Positions 52,453-63,971 of a stretch of 64,000 bases of DNA are shown in pieces. The stretch comes from Williopsis jadinii. Its lineage: Eukaryota. The DNA is taken from assembly GCA_024346625.1 (NCBI GenBank), contig AP024664.1, forward strand, positions 496,001-560,000, read 5' to 3'. Made by a program: the position numbers and the translations under genes. A model generated the notes under the pieces. The model made no database searches, was not told the DNA's origin, and saw only the letters and a program-made list of their open reading frames with translations. Every line of letters begins with the position of its first letter. Position 1 is the stretch's first letter.

Positions 52453-53796
52453 ATGAAGGACGTTCTGGAGTACTTGCAACCGCGGCCGGAGAGGCCACCG
52501 CTGTACAGAGAGGCCAACGCCTCTCAGAGGATCACGTTCCCAGTATACGAGCAGGAGGAGACCCACGTCCTGCCCGAGTATAAGCCTGCCATCACGGCAA
52601 GCACGTTGGTGTTGAGGAAGCTGGAGTTCCTCTCGCCGTATGACCCTTCGCCCTCGAGATCATGGCGTAACCTTATCATGGAGCTGAACTCGACGCAGCT
52701 GAACTTCTACTCGATGGACGAGGTGCCCATGCTGTCACGCGTGAAGAAGAGCAAGACGAAGAAGCACTATGAGTTCACCCCTGTGGAGCACGAGCTGCTG
52801 ACGGAGGCGATCTCGAGATCGCCGTCAAAGTACCTCAGCGAGCGTACGCTCGTCAGATCGTACTCGCTCCAGCATGCGAAGTTTGGTATCCCCATAGATT
52901 ACAAGAAGCGCACCTCCTGTCTGAGACTGAGGTGTGAAAGCGAGCAGTTCATGGTGCAGTTCATATCCATCGACGAGCTGATCCAGTGGGCAAACAAGCT
53001 GTCCATAGGCATCAACGTTTCGCTGGACCTGGACTGCCGTGAGATGCCAACCGACCGTGTTGTGCCTCGCAGACGGCGCTCAAGACGCCATAATAACAGA
53101 CACAGAGCATTCTCCGATAGTGAGTTGATACGGCGTGAGCTTGCTGAACCTAGAACAGCTAGAAGGGCTAGTTTTGCAGGTGGTGAATCCACCATAAAGG
53201 GCAAAATCTCGAGAATGTTTGGGAAAAAGAAGAAGGCACAGGATCTGAGAGGTGCAAATATCGACGAGATTCGTGGGTTCTTGAACAGTCAAGAGACCAA
53301 TCCCGATGAACCCCCACACTCCACCATGGAGGAGGAAGACGAAGAGGAGGATGAGGAAGAGATGGTTGCTGGATTACAGGAAGTTGAAGAAGAAGATGAG
53401 GAGGATGACGATGCACACGGTGATATCGATACAATACGTGAAATGCGTGATTCTGAAGATGATACCGACTCTCTGCAGGAGATGTTTGGGGCCTTCACTA
53501 TCAACTCTACACCGCACACTGCTACAGATTCCGCATCTGCTTCGAGTTCCAGCTCATCATCTTCCATGGATGAAAAATGGAGACCGGAGCCAAAGACGTA
53601 TACACGCCGGAAATTCCTCAAGGATTCGATAAGGTGTATTAAGCTCTTACAGACAAAGGACTCGTGGGTTGGCAAGCCTTGTGTTGTGCCATCCAAGCCA
53701 AGAAGATTGCTTTCAAAGTCCTCCTCCCCATGTTTGGGGAATAGGCTCATGGTTGAATACATTGTCGGTGCACATGGCTTTTGCCAAACTGCTTGA
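52453..53796 (+). CDS. PH-domain protein (YHR131C/YNL144C family)
   Basis: LPEYKPA..RKLEFLSPY..SRSWR..ELNSTQLNFY, YSLQHAKFGIPIDYKKR, LRLRCESEQF, SLDLDCREMP..VPRRRR. Confidence 0.85.
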   Translation: MKDVLEYLQPRPERPPLYREANASQRITFPVYEQEETHVLPEYKPAITASTLVLRKLEFLSPYDPSPSRSWRNLIMELNSTQLNFYSMDEVPMLSRVKKSKTKKHYEFTPVEHELLTEAISRSPSKYLSERTLVRSYSLQHAKFGIPIDYKKRTSCLRLRCESEQFMVQFISIDELIQWANKLSIGINVSLDLDCREMPTDRVVPRRRRSRRHNNRHRAFSDSELIRRELAEPRTARRASFAGGESTIKGKISRMFGKKKKAQDLRGANIDEIRGFLNSQETNPDEPPHSTMEEEDEEEDEEEMVAGLQEVEEEDEEDDDAHGDIDTIREMRDSEDDTDSLQEMFGAFTINSTPHTATDSASASSSSSSSSMDEKWRPEPKTYTRRKFLKDSIRCIKLLQTKDSWVGKPCVVPSKPRRLLSKSSSPCLGNRLMVEYIVGAHGFCQTA

Positions 53797-53939
53797 TGTT
53801 GCGTATACCTGGGGAAAAAAGAAGCTGTACTATTTAACCGATGTTTAACTATACTTTAATATTCTTTGTAACCATATGTTCTTCTTCTTTGAGAGTTGAG
53901 CCCGTTGTATTGTATGATGATGAAGTTCCCCATACATTA

Positions 53940-53997
53940 CGATGAGTATTCCGATATGTTCCGATATATTCCGATATTCCCAGTGCTTTCCGATATT
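53940..53997 (+). repeat. PAC-like CGATGAG followed by TTCCGATAT x4, upstream of RIA1
   Basis: ttccgatat at 53949, 53959, 53969 and 53988. Confidence 0.75.
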
Positions 53998-54084
53998 TGG
54001 TTGGGGCAACACTAGATCAACAAATTTTGCTGTAGCGGCTAACTGCGACCTTCTCCATACAAAACACTCCAGGCAAAACACACA

Positions 54085-57000
54085 ATGAGAGTCACTCCAG
54101 AGACTCTGCTGCGTCTTCAGAAGGACCCTCAGTCCATTAGAAACATCTGCATCGTTGCACACGTCGACCATGGAAAGACATCGCTCTCGGACTCGCTGCT
54201 GGCATCGAACGGTATCATCTCTCAGAGGTTGGCGGGTAAAGTACGATACCTGGACTCACGTCCAGATGAACAGTTGAGAGGAATCACGATGGAGAGCTCT
54301 GCGATCTCTCTGTACTTCCGTGTGCTTCACAAGAAAGGGGATGGTGAAGAAGGATACGACGCTAAGGAGCATCTCATCAACTTGATCGATTCTCCGGGCC
54401 ATATTGATTTCTCCAGTGAGGTTAGTACTGCTTCGAGACTGTGCGATGGCGCGGTGGTGCTGGTTGATGTGGTGGAAGGCGTGTGTTCTCAGACGGTGAC
54501 TGTGCTCAGACAGTGCTGGATCGATAAATTGAAGCCGATCTTGGTTCTGAACAAGATTGATAGACTGATCACGGAGTTGAGGTTATCCCCCTCTGAGGCC
54601 TGTCTACATCTCTCGAAAGTTGTTGAACAAGTGAATTCCGTCATCGGAAGCTTCTTCTCCGGTGAAAGAATGGCCCAGGACCTTGCCTGGAGAGAACAGC
54701 TTGAAAAGGAAGGGCACAGTGGGAAGGAGTTCGTGGAGGAGGACGACAAAGACATCTATTTCGATCCTGCTCAGAACAACGTCATCTTCTCGAGTGCCAT
54801 TGACGGGTGGGGCTTCAACATTAGCCAAATGGCAAGATTCTACGAGAACAAGTTAGGTATCAAGAGAGAGAACCTACAAAAGGTTCTCTGGGGTGACTTC
54901 TACCTGGATCCAAAGACCAAGAAGATCATTGGTCCGAAGGGATTGAAGGGACGGTCGTTGAAACCTCTCTTCCAGCAACTGGTGCTGGAGAACATTTGGA
55001 AGATTTACGAGAATATCGTTATTGAAAAGAACGCAGAGGTGCTTGAGAAGATCGTCAAAGCCTTAAACATCAAGGTGCTTCCTCGTGATTTGAGATCTAA
55101 GGATAACAAGGCATTGTTATCTCAAGTCATGGGCCAATGGCTTCCTGTGTCATCTGCGGTGCTATTGACTGTCACTGAGAAGCTACCTTCTCCATTAGAA
55201 TCGCAACGGACCCGTATTCCAACTGTGCTGGAATCTGCACCACATCATGAGTTAATTGACCCAGGGTTACGGGAAGCCATGCTCTCTTGTGATAACAACG
55301 GCCCGGTGAGTGCTTATGTATCAAAGATCCTTTCAGTGCCAGAGGATGAGCTTCCTCGTAACTCAAGAGCCAAATTGAGTGAGGATGAACTGGCTGAACG
55401 TTCCAAACGTGCTAGAGAACTGGCAGCAAAGGCTGCAGAGCAGGCAAAGATTCTTGAAGGTGATCAAGAAGATCAAATTGTTGATGAATTTGCGCAAGTC
55501 AAGGTGTCGAACAACGACCCATATTCATTGTTTGAATATGAAGAAGAAGAGGAAGAGGAAGAAATTGAAGTTAAGAAGGAAGAACTCATAGGCTTCGCGA
55601 GGGTTTATAGTGGTACGCTTCGTATAGGACAAGAACTATCAGTTTTGGAACCAAAGTACGACCCTGCAAATCCGAAGGAACATATCCAAACTGCTACAAT
55701 TACAGAACTCTACTTGTTGATGGGTAAAGAGCTTGTTCCCCTGGATGAAGTTCCATCTGGTAATATCGCTGGTATAGGTGGTCTTGCAGGTAAGATTTTG
55801 AAGAATGGTACTTTGATTGAACCTGGCATCATCGGAGTGAACCTTGCTGGTGTCTCTCTCTCTGTCCCACCAATCGTGAGAGTTGCCGTTGAGCCAGTCA
55901 ATCCAACACAGATGGATAAGTTGGAACGTGGTTTGGAACTATTGAACCAGGCTGACCCTTGTGTCCAGACTTTCCTGGAGGATACCGGCGAACATATCTT
56001 AGCGACTGCTGGCGAGCTACACTTAGAACGGTGCTTGAAAGATTTGAAAGAAAGATTTGCTGGTATTGAGATTACTGCCTCGGAGCCCGTTATTCCATAT
56101 AGAGAGACTTTTATCGATACCCTCGATTTGAACCCTCCAAAGAACCCAGACTTGGGTAGAGGTGTTGCTGAGTTTGAACTGGGAAATGTGCATATCAAGA
56201 TGAGAGCAGTGCCATTACCTCAACGGGTTATTGATTTCCTCCTTGAGCACCATGCAACTATTAAGAAACTTGTCGATAGTATCAACAAGCGTCGTTCTGA
56301 AGATGAAGAGGAGGAGGACAATTTAAATGATCTTGAAGATGATGCAGTCGGATCCTCATCCATCACTGATGCCACCACGTTCAAGAAGAAGCTGCAAGCA
56401 CTATTTGATGCTGATGAAAAGCACCGTGATATCTGGTCGGGTATCGTTGATCGTATCAGCGTTTTCGGTCCAAAACGTACTGGGCCAAACATCTTGTTTG
56501 ATACCTCCAAAGAGTCCATTAGAAGAGTGTTCTCACAGTCTGATGAGACCAGGTTCAGGTTCGAGAACAGTATTGTTCACGGATTCCAACTGAGTACACA
56601 GAACGGGCCTCTCGCTCATGAGCCTGTGCAAGGCATGGCAATCATCATGGAGGATATCCGTGAAGTTGATGAAGCAGACCAGGAGGACTCCACACCTGTT
56701 CCAAACCTGCTCGGTAGACTTATCACAACCACTAGAGACAACATCCATCAGGCACTACTTGATTGGTCTCCTAGAATCATGCTTGCTATGTATACATGCG
56801 ACATCCAAGCATCGGCAGAAGTGCTAGGAAAGGTTTATGCTGTTGTTCAACAGAAGCGTGGTCACATTGTCAGTGAAGAGATGAAAGAAGGAACACCTTT
56901 CTTCCAAATCATTGCCAAATTGCCAGTCGTTGAGGCATTCGGATTCTCTGAGGATATCCGTAAGAGAACATCTGGTGCTGCCCAACCACAGCTGGTGTTT

Positions 57001-57198
57001 TCCGGATTTGAAAGCATTGATGAGGATCCATTCTGGGTGCCAACCACTGAAGAAGAGATGGAAGCACTCGGTGAGTTTGCCGAACGTGAAAACATTGCCA
57101 GAAAGTACATGAACCAGATCAGAAAGAGAAAGGGCTTATTCGTTGACGAGAAAGTTGTTCAGAATGCTGAGAAACAGAGAACTCTTAAGCGTAACTAG
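54085..57198 (+). CDS. RIA1: EF-2-like GTPase for 60S maturation (Efl1)
   Basis: AHVDHGKT, RGITMESSAISL, DSPGH, NKID, GELHLERC, RKRTSGAAQPQL, AEKQRTL. Confidence 0.97.
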   Translation: MRVTPETLLRLQKDPQSIRNICIVAHVDHGKTSLSDSLLASNGIISQRLAGKVRYLDSRPDEQLRGITMESSAISLYFRVLHKKGDGEEGYDAKEHLINLIDSPGHIDFSSEVSTASRLCDGAVVLVDVVEGVCSQTVTVLRQCWIDKLKPILVLNKIDRLITELRLSPSEACLHLSKVVEQVNSVIGSFFSGERMAQDLAWREQLEKEGHSGKEFVEEDDKDIYFDPAQNNVIFSSAIDGWGFNISQMARFYENKLGIKRENLQKVLWGDFYLDPKTKKIIGPKGLKGRSLKPLFQQLVLENIWKIYENIVIEKNAEVLEKIVKALNIKVLPRDLRSKDNKALLSQVMGQWLPVSSAVLLTVTEKLPSPLESQRTRIPTVLESAPHHELIDPGLREAMLSCDNNGPVSAYVSKILSVPEDELPRNSRAKLSEDELAERSKRARELAAKAAEQAKILEGDQEDQIVDEFAQVKVSNNDPYSLFEYEEEEEEEEIEVKKEELIGFARVYSGTLRIGQELSVLEPKYDPANPKEHIQTATITELYLLMGKELVPLDEVPSGNIAGIGGLAGKILKNGTLIEPGIIGVNLAGVSLSVPPIVRVAVEPVNPTQMDKLERGLELLNQADPCVQTFLEDTGEHILATAGELHLERCLKDLKERFAGIEITASEPVIPYRETFIDTLDLNPPKNPDLGRGVAEFELGNVHIKMRAVPLPQRVIDFLLEHHATIKKLVDSINKRRSEDEEEEDNLNDLEDDAVGSSSITDATTFKKKLQALFDADEKHRDIWSGIVDRISVFGPKRTGPNILFDTSKESIRRVFSQSDETRFRFENSIVHGFQLSTQNGPLAHEPVQGMAIIMEDIREVDEADQEDSTPVPNLLGRLITTTRDNIHQALLDWSPRIMLAMYTCDIQASAEVLGKVYAVVQQKRGHIVSEEMKEGTPFFQIIAKLPVVEAFGFSEDIRKRTSGAAQPQLVFSGFESIDEDPFWVPTTEEEMEALGEFAERENIARKYMNQIRKRKGLFVDEKVVQNAEKQRTLKRN

Positions 57199-57286
57199 AA
57201 AACAACAAGGTGATACTACTTGTTTCATTACTATATCATGGTTCTCGTAAAATTGTAGCTGAGTATCTCTATATAGTTGTCCATTG

Positions 57287-58267
57287 TTAATCTGCGAAGC
57301 GTAGTTTCTTCTTTGGACGTTCCTGGTCCGTGTTGTCACCGTCAATTGTAGACGATTCATTGGAATTTCCAGCAGTGCTGGAGCTCTTGCTACTATGAAC
57401 AGGGGTTTCATTATCAGATTCGGCAATTGATGAGCTCTCCTTCTTCTCCTCTTCGGAATCAGAATCGGAATCATCTTGATACGTTGGTAGAAGATTGTCC
57501 TCCTCCTGCTGTCTTTTAAGACGTTCCAACCTTTCAGCCTCTTCGTCGAGTCTCTTCTGCTCCTCGGCTTTCCTCAACTCCTGCAATTCTTGTTGTTTCT
57601 TCACTATTTCAGCTGACTTCTGTAGTTGAATCTTGGATCTCTGGTGGATCTTTTCGATATCCTTCGATACATTGGCTTCAATCTCTTGCATTATAGCTAT
57701 ATTCTCCTTCAAAGAGCCCTGGATCTGCTCTAATTCGGACAGATGTGTCTGTGTGAAGGACCCGTTGGCACTCAGCAGCAGCTCATGGTAGAGTCGCTGG
57801 AACTTTGAGCCAACCGTGGTGAGTGCCTTCAGCTTATCACCTTCAGAACCGCTCTCGCCATCGCCTTTGGCAGCAGCTTCAGGCACGTCAATGCCCTTGA
57901 CCTTCAGAGGCTGTGGGAATACCCGACGCTCATTCAACACCCTCACAATCTTCTGTAGTCTCTTCTGCGTAGACTCTGGCACTTTCCCATACGCATATGA
58001 CAATGCGTTTGGAAGCACCGTGCTGAAGGCATCGATGAACTCAGTCTTCTTTCTTGCTCTGGACTGCTGCACAACGTCATTGGCAAGGTAAACAAGGGCA
58101 AGAATCTTGGAAGGAGGGCTCTCCATGAGGCATTTCTCCCATCTCGATGCTATTTGATCGGCATTTCTGTAGTAGAACAGCACCCACTGGGAAGTGGAAA
58201 CAATGGAATCCTGTGTCTCTGCAAGCGAGTCAAGCTTCTGCAACAGTTTCTCCTCTGAATATGACAT
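57287..58267 (-). CDS. RTT103: Pol II CTD-interacting-domain termination factor
   Basis: MSYSEEKLLQKLDSLAETQDSIVSTSQW..LALVYLANDVVQQSR CID; ATG at 58267. Confidence 0.88.
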   Translation of the reverse strand: MSYSEEKLLQKLDSLAETQDSIVSTSQWVLFYYRNADQIASRWEKCLMESPPSKILALVYLANDVVQQSRARKKTEFIDAFSTVLPNALSYAYGKVPESTQKRLQKIVRVLNERRVFPQPLKVKGIDVPEAAAKGDGESGSEGDKLKALTTVGSKFQRLYHELLLSANGSFTQTHLSELEQIQGSLKENIAIMQEIEANVSKDIEKIHQRSKIQLQKSAEIVKKQQELQELRKAEEQKRLDEEAERLERLKRQQEEDNLLPTYQDDSDSDSEEEKKESSSIAESDNETPVHSSKSSSTAGNSNESSTIDGDNTDQERPKKKLRFAD

Positions 58268-58640
58268 TGTATCTGTGAGCTCTTCGTGATTGAATGCGCA
58301 AAGAAGCAAGCCAAATGGGGAAGTGTTGACTCTGATTTCGATACATTTCACCACTGTGCGCGTGAGATAAATTTTGTATATAGTACTGCTGCCCCTACCA
58401 TGTACTTCATCACGTGCCTTACCTGTTACATTTCACGTGACCCTTTGCTTATGTAATTATCGTTACGAACACGCCCCGTTGTCATGGCAGCAACAAGGAA
58501 TAGCCATCTGTCCACTTCCCATACAAAGCAAAATGCGAGCACACCAGCACAACCTCTAAAAACCTCGCTTCCACCGCCTTCATCTCGTTTGGTTTATCGT
58601 CCTATCCATCGTCCGTGTGTGTTTCCCATCGGTTGTTGAT

Positions 58641-59858
58641 ATGATTAACTTGCTGAGACGAAACAGAAGTAGAAACAATACAGATAACGAGCCCAGTGGT
58701 GGGAGAATAGAAGGAGACAGCTCAACATCAGAGGGTGCCAGCAATGTCCACGGCGATGATACCGGTGTTTCAAGCGATGCACATGCTATACCAAGGACCC
58801 AGGCCACTGTGCACCGTGTTGATAGTGAAGAGACGCTGCTGTCCATGAGCCTCCGGGCCCGTGGTGTACGTCACGGTGGTGATAACTATACGGCTAACCC
58901 GATCTCATCAACTAGCGATCTGACGAGGACGACTAGCGACTCATCGCTGATTACTACAGCTTCGACTGCAGATACCGTTGTGGATCTTGTACTTGGACAC
59001 GCGGTGTCTGATTTCAACCTGCTGAGGACATTGCCAGTGGTGTCGTTCATCTTCAAGAAGGGTCTCTTTGTATTTCCTTCTGAAGAGTCATTGGCTCTGT
59101 TCAAGACGAAGAACTGCGATACTGTACGGCTCAAGAAGCTAGGGCTCGCGATGCCAGTGCTACAGATGAATATCCCCATGATGGCGGCCTTCAAGAGGAA
59201 CTACCCGACCATTGTGTTCAACAGGATCCTTCCTTCTACAAACGAATCTCAAGACGTTCAGAAGGTTCCCTTCTGTCAAGTCTTCACAAAGTTCCTCAGG
59301 AGAACGCACACAACCCGGTTCATCTTGCACATCACCCCTAATGGTGTTCAAGATGACCCGGAGAACTTCAGAGTGGTGATGTTTACATCTGCGTATGGCT
59401 CCTTTACTGATTGCAGGTTCAAGAAGACCAAGATGAGGTGGGTGGGAACGACGCCTGCAATTGCATCGCGTGGCTCCGGGTTCTTCAAACTTGTTGTCCT
59501 GAATGATAGCGTACCTTCGTTAATTGATGGAATAAGAGACGATGATGTGAATCCTCAACCGTCTATGGAATTCTTGAGATCAACAACAAGAATAGTGACA
59601 TCCTCGGATATGCCACCAGTGACTCGGTTCAGTGATAAGAGCTCTACAACACTACCATGGAAGGGATTACTCCAACTCGGTGACGTGAAACTGGTTGAGG
59701 TCTTCAGCAGGTCTGATACTAATAGCTGCCTTGACGTTGCAGATTCATCACTGGTTCTAACATGTATGGCATTGGTCTTGAGGGATCAAGAAGTGAGGAA
59801 GAACAAGGGAAACGGACGGTACTCAGATGCTGCCGTCAATGGTGCTCTTTTCTATTAG
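58641..59858 (+). CDS. Uncharacterised conserved fungal protein (YNL165W-like by position)
   Basis: ~405-aa ORF from the ATG at 58641; family assignment rests on synteny with RIA1 and is tentative. Confidence 0.65.
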   Translation: MINLLRRNRSRNNTDNEPSGGRIEGDSSTSEGASNVHGDDTGVSSDAHAIPRTQATVHRVDSEETLLSMSLRARGVRHGGDNYTANPISSTSDLTRTTSDSSLITTASTADTVVDLVLGHAVSDFNLLRTLPVVSFIFKKGLFVFPSEESLALFKTKNCDTVRLKKLGLAMPVLQMNIPMMAAFKRNYPTIVFNRILPSTNESQDVQKVPFCQVFTKFLRRTHTTRFILHITPNGVQDDPENFRVVMFTSAYGSFTDCRFKKTKMRWVGTTPAIASRGSGFFKLVVLNDSVPSLIDGIRDDDVNPQPSMEFLRSTTRIVTSSDMPPVTRFSDKSSTTLPWKGLLQLGDVKLVEVFSRSDTNSCLDVADSSLVLTCMALVLRDQEVRKNKGNGRYSDAAVNGALFY

Positions 59859-60341
59859 CTTCCACGTTGTATCTTTGTCCCTGTGGTATGCTCTTCTCCA
59901 TTCGCTCCATACACACATTCAATTCTTCCATAATACGTTTAATCTTATAATTGCTCTTGGCCTACATTGAACTCTTTCGACGATAGACTATAAGGAATCG
60001 TGTATTTCCAGATCATATCAAAAGTAAAGTTCTCATGATCACACGACAAGTACCAGCTAAGGTCTCATCATTGAAATGTGAAGATATGATATAAACTTGA
60101 TCCACAAGATAATATTAAAAGAAGTAATAGAACAAGAAAGTCGGGAGGTAAAAAAATAATAGGTGCCAGTCGTCATAGTGCAATGATCTCTATCATGGCC
60201 CAGCTCAACAGTATCAAAGAAGAAAGAGGTTAAGTTTTTAAATCAAATCGTAGCGTCGTTAATGGGGGGGGTGTTCCCAAAAGCTCAAATAGTGTCCTGT
60301 GTTTGCTTATGAATTTCAATTCAAAAGACTTCAGCAGATGA

Positions 60342-61589
60342 TTACGCATCAATAGATACTGTGACGTAAACCATGGAGGTAATTGTGGTTGTGCTTGAGG
60401 CACTGAGAGCATCGGACCCACTAACGTATTCAACATCATACTCACCATCATCGTAGTAGACTTCGCAGACACCAGCGTTGACCAAAGTTGTGTAAGCCGT
60501 ATAGCTGAAAGAAGTTGTAGTTGGGCTGACAGTTGGTGAGGCTGCTGATGTGATGGTTGAAGACGAAGATGATGTCTTTGTTGTTGTTGATGATGGTGCA
60601 GTTGAGGTTGTGCTTGATGAGTTTGGAGAGGCTGTCTGTGTTGTGACTTCAACAGTACTTGCAGGACTTGCTGATGTTGATGATGATGTTGTTGGGATAA
60701 CTGTCTCAGTTGGAGAAGCACTCTCAGTAGTCTGGCTAGTAGACGAAACGGTTGTATCTGTAGTGACAGGGTCCTGTGAAGTAACAGCCTCTTGTGTGGT
60801 TTCAATAACGGCAGTACTTACGACAGGAACACCATCAATTGTCGACGTATACGTTGAAGTGTATACGTAGGTAGTTGCTGGTCTGATGGTGCTCACGATC
60901 TCGCGGACAATGTAAGTGGTTCCATCAATGACAGTCAAAGAAAGAGAGCTGAGATCTCCGTCAGATGAGACGGTGACGGTTCTGTCGGCCTCAATACCTG
61001 TTATTTGACTTGAAGAAGCGGTGGTAGCCACTGGAGTAGTAGTTGTCTCATCAGAAGTGGTAGTTGTCTCAACAGCTGTAGTAGTTGTCTCAGAAGTAGG
61101 GGTAGTTGTCTCAGAAGTAGGGGTAGTTGTCTCAGCAGTATTACTTGTAGTACTAGTGGTGGTCACTGGTGTACTACCGGTGGTCACTGAAGTACTTGTC
61201 GTCTCTGGGGTAGTAGCAGTATCACCGGTAACAGTGACCCAGACTGTTCTCTTTGGATGAACAGTCACAATCTCTGTCGAGGTGTAAAGAACAGTAACAA
61301 CTGCACCATTGGTTTCAACAACTTCGGTGCTTGTGACAATCTTCGTTTGCTGACTTGTAGTCCCGACAACACTGGTGGTGGTTGGCTCTGCCACCCCCAC
61401 AGTATCAACTGAATTACCATCAGTAGCAACCAGCACAGAAGACGTGGCTTGCTGGTTTGAACCATCAACGTTTACAACATCATATGAGAAAGTTGAGGTG
61501 GCACCTTCATCAGGAACGGCCAGCGGCATAGGAATAGCTTGTGATAATGTCAACAAAGCAAGAGAAGCAAGCGTCTTGACGAAAAGCAT
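60342..61589 (-). CDS. DSE2: Secreted Ser/Thr-rich daughter-cell wall protein
   Basis: Signal peptide; ETTTPTS repeats (about 61040-61140); C-terminal GVCEVYYDD..TTITSMVYVTV resembles Dse2; Ace2-type CCAGC sites upstream (e.g. GCTGG about 62021); synteny with CHS7/RPL42. Confidence 0.8.
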   Translation of the reverse strand: MLFVKTLASLALLTLSQAIPMPLAVPDEGATSTFSYDVVNVDGSNQQATSSVLVATDGNSVDTVGVAEPTTTSVVGTTSQQTKIVTSTEVVETNGAVVTVLYTSTEIVTVHPKRTVWVTVTGDTATTPETTSTSVTTGSTPVTTTSTTSNTAETTTPTSETTTPTSETTTTAVETTTTSDETTTTPVATTASSSQITGIEADRTVTVSSDGDLSSLSLTVIDGTTYIVREIVSTIRPATTYVYTSTYTSTIDGVPVVSTAVIETTQEAVTSQDPVTTDTTVSSTSQTTESASPTETVIPTTSSSTSASPASTVEVTTQTASPNSSSTTSTAPSSTTTKTSSSSSTITSAASPTVSPTTTSFSYTAYTTLVNAGVCEVYYDDGEYDVEYVSGSDALSASSTTTITSMVYVTVSIDA

Positions 61590-63971
61590 TGTTTGTTTCC
61601 GTATTCTTGTTATTCTTTGGATAATAAAGTCTGGATGTTAGTGTGGTCAAGATATATGAGGTATCAATATAAAGCGGCCGCAATAGATGGAAATAGAAAG
61701 CGAGAGAAGAGTAGTTGGTTGTGTAAAGAGCACGTTAAAGAGAGTGAATAATAGTTGGTGAAAATGAAAGACTATAGTTGGTGGGAAGAAATGTGCCTCT
61801 TTGAAACGTCTGTTTCCGTCGAAAGTAGATCGTGTGTGTTCTGAAGTCGAAGTATATGAAGTTTTAGGTTAAATTTTTAAGACAAACTGTTGAAGCGAAG
61901 GGAAGGGATTGCAGGATGTCTCAAAGCTTATATATTTCACCGTCCTGGAGCACTATGAGATTACATCTTGAAGATAAGCCCCTCAAGGCTATATCATCTG
62001 TTCTTCCCGCATGAAATGTGGCTGGTAAGTAAACAACCCGCTAGACTAAACATTCTCGGTAGCTTTAAGAAACGGTGTAATACCCTGCGACTCTGTCTCA
62101 TCGATCACCACCTGTGAATCCTTTGTATGGGGCTTTTACGTACTGAAGCCACTGAAGAACATAAATCAAAACAACATGCAGTGTCCTGCGGTCTAATGCG
62201 TCTTTATGCAGATGGTGATTTCCCTTTCGGGAAATGTGGTGCGTCAGGCATTTGAGAAGCCGATGGGGTTTAACTAGAAAAAAAAAGAAGAGCCAACCAC
62301 CAATGAAGCATTCATCTCTGTTTGAGGAATTTACTGAAGTTGTGGGTGAAGTGATGAAATAACTTGCTTGCTTTCGCCGATGGATGAAACTAGAAAGAAT
62401 AATATCCATCGTACGGGTGCAATTCGTGCTAAAAAGCCCCAATTTTGTTGTTGCGTCACTGCCCTTTCTGTAATTAGCCAACCATCTTTTGGTAAATAAT
62501 TCAGCAAGTGGATATGTTGTAGATTCTACGTAAAGCTTGCAAAAGTCGGAGCACAGCTTGATGTATTGAACAGAGGAAGAGTTCGTGATGTGCATTAGGT
62601 ATTGGATCAACTTGTCTGTGCTCTCTCGAGCCGTTTGAGTGTTCTACACTTCCCCAGCATCCAAGGCATCTACGAAGATTTAGACTCATACGTGACCCTG
62701 AATAGTACATCTGGTTTCATTTGTTCCTTGATGATTTGGGGATGCCTGAGTAGGCTGTGATGGGTATTGAGGATCTTTCAGATGGGACTTTAAGAAGCCA
62801 GTGGCCCCAATGTTGAAGCTTTGTGCGTTGTGGCTGGCTTACAACTTAGCCCACGCCCGCGCCGCCAGCTGCAGGGCCAGAAAACTTGCGGCATAGGGTT
62901 CCCGACGCTTCATAAATATCAAGCGCACTCGAGTCTCAGAATGAACAACCTGGCTGCTGTGCTACTATAATCGTGGTATTGGTAATGTAAAGGGGTTTAT
63001 CTTTTCTATTTAGTCACACTGGTGCGTTGTGTGGTGTGTCTCTATGTGTATGCCGTAGTGTCTCAAAGATTCGGCACCATCAGGTTGGGCGATGATAGAC
63101 TAAAACCTGTACAATCGAGTTTATTCTTTTTCAATTTGGATCAATTTGATGTATATATCCATCATCCCTCAGTATAGGAGGTGAATAGTTATCACTTTGC
63201 CGTGTTACTGGTCTAATTGTCGGATATGGATACGATCCTTTATGTATTTGATACTTGTCCAGGTGCATCTTCCGCTGGTGAACTACAGAAGTATGGGTTA
63301 AATAACAACGTCAAATGGTCAAATACCAGCTTGTGTTGGATACGCTGAAGCTGAAAATCGAATCTATTTCTTATCTAGCATCTGTTGAACAGATTTTGGT
63401 GTTAGTCAACGGTACTTAAGACAATCGACATCGGGTGTTATTAAGTCTGTTGCGAGGTCTTAAGGCCATACCACGCATTACCTGTAACTACAGAGCACTG
63501 GCATTGAGTTACAGTTAAACCTTCCGTATTGTTTGTTATCAGCACAACTACTCAATATGCTATTCTTGAGAGGCATTTCACTATACAACTTAGATGTGCC
63601 ATTGGCACACCATAACCCCATTAGCAAAGCAAGATGTATACATAATTATTACTTCAGAACTCCTGTATTAGCACATAGATAGAATTACTAGCGAGTAGAC
63701 TTGTTTTTCCATTATAATATACTGTAATATCGGTATATTAAAATTTTCTAACATAAAACATTATTCTATTTTCAAATGACAATATTTATCATTGAAATTT
63801 GCTTGTAATATACCCAACTAAAAAGGGGCAGAAAACTAAAATAACATAAATCAGCACTTCAATCACACCACAACCCTTGCTTATGACTCCATTCAAGACC
63901 CAACATCACCTCAATTGCACCCTCTATATAGTTAACAGGGCCCGAATCACAAACCACACAATAATCTCAGT

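Noticed and set aside
62098..62610. 170-aa minus-strand ORF upstream of DSE2
   Set aside because: Non-ATG start, no recognisable motif and low-complexity composition; probably a chance ORF.
62751..62780. AGGCTGTGATGG resembling the 5' end of yeast SRP RNA
   Set aside because: No helix 8 SRP54-binding motif found downstream.
63334..63905. Possible solo LTR bounded by TGTTGG...CCAACA
   Set aside because: Flanking 5-mers (GCTTG and TCACC) are not a target-site duplication; no primer-binding site, polypurine tract or second copy in the window.
63848..63913. Possible minus-strand C/D snoRNA (GUGAUGU...CUGA)
   Set aside because: Box C is imperfect, the terminal stem is weak and I cannot find an rRNA-complementary guide.
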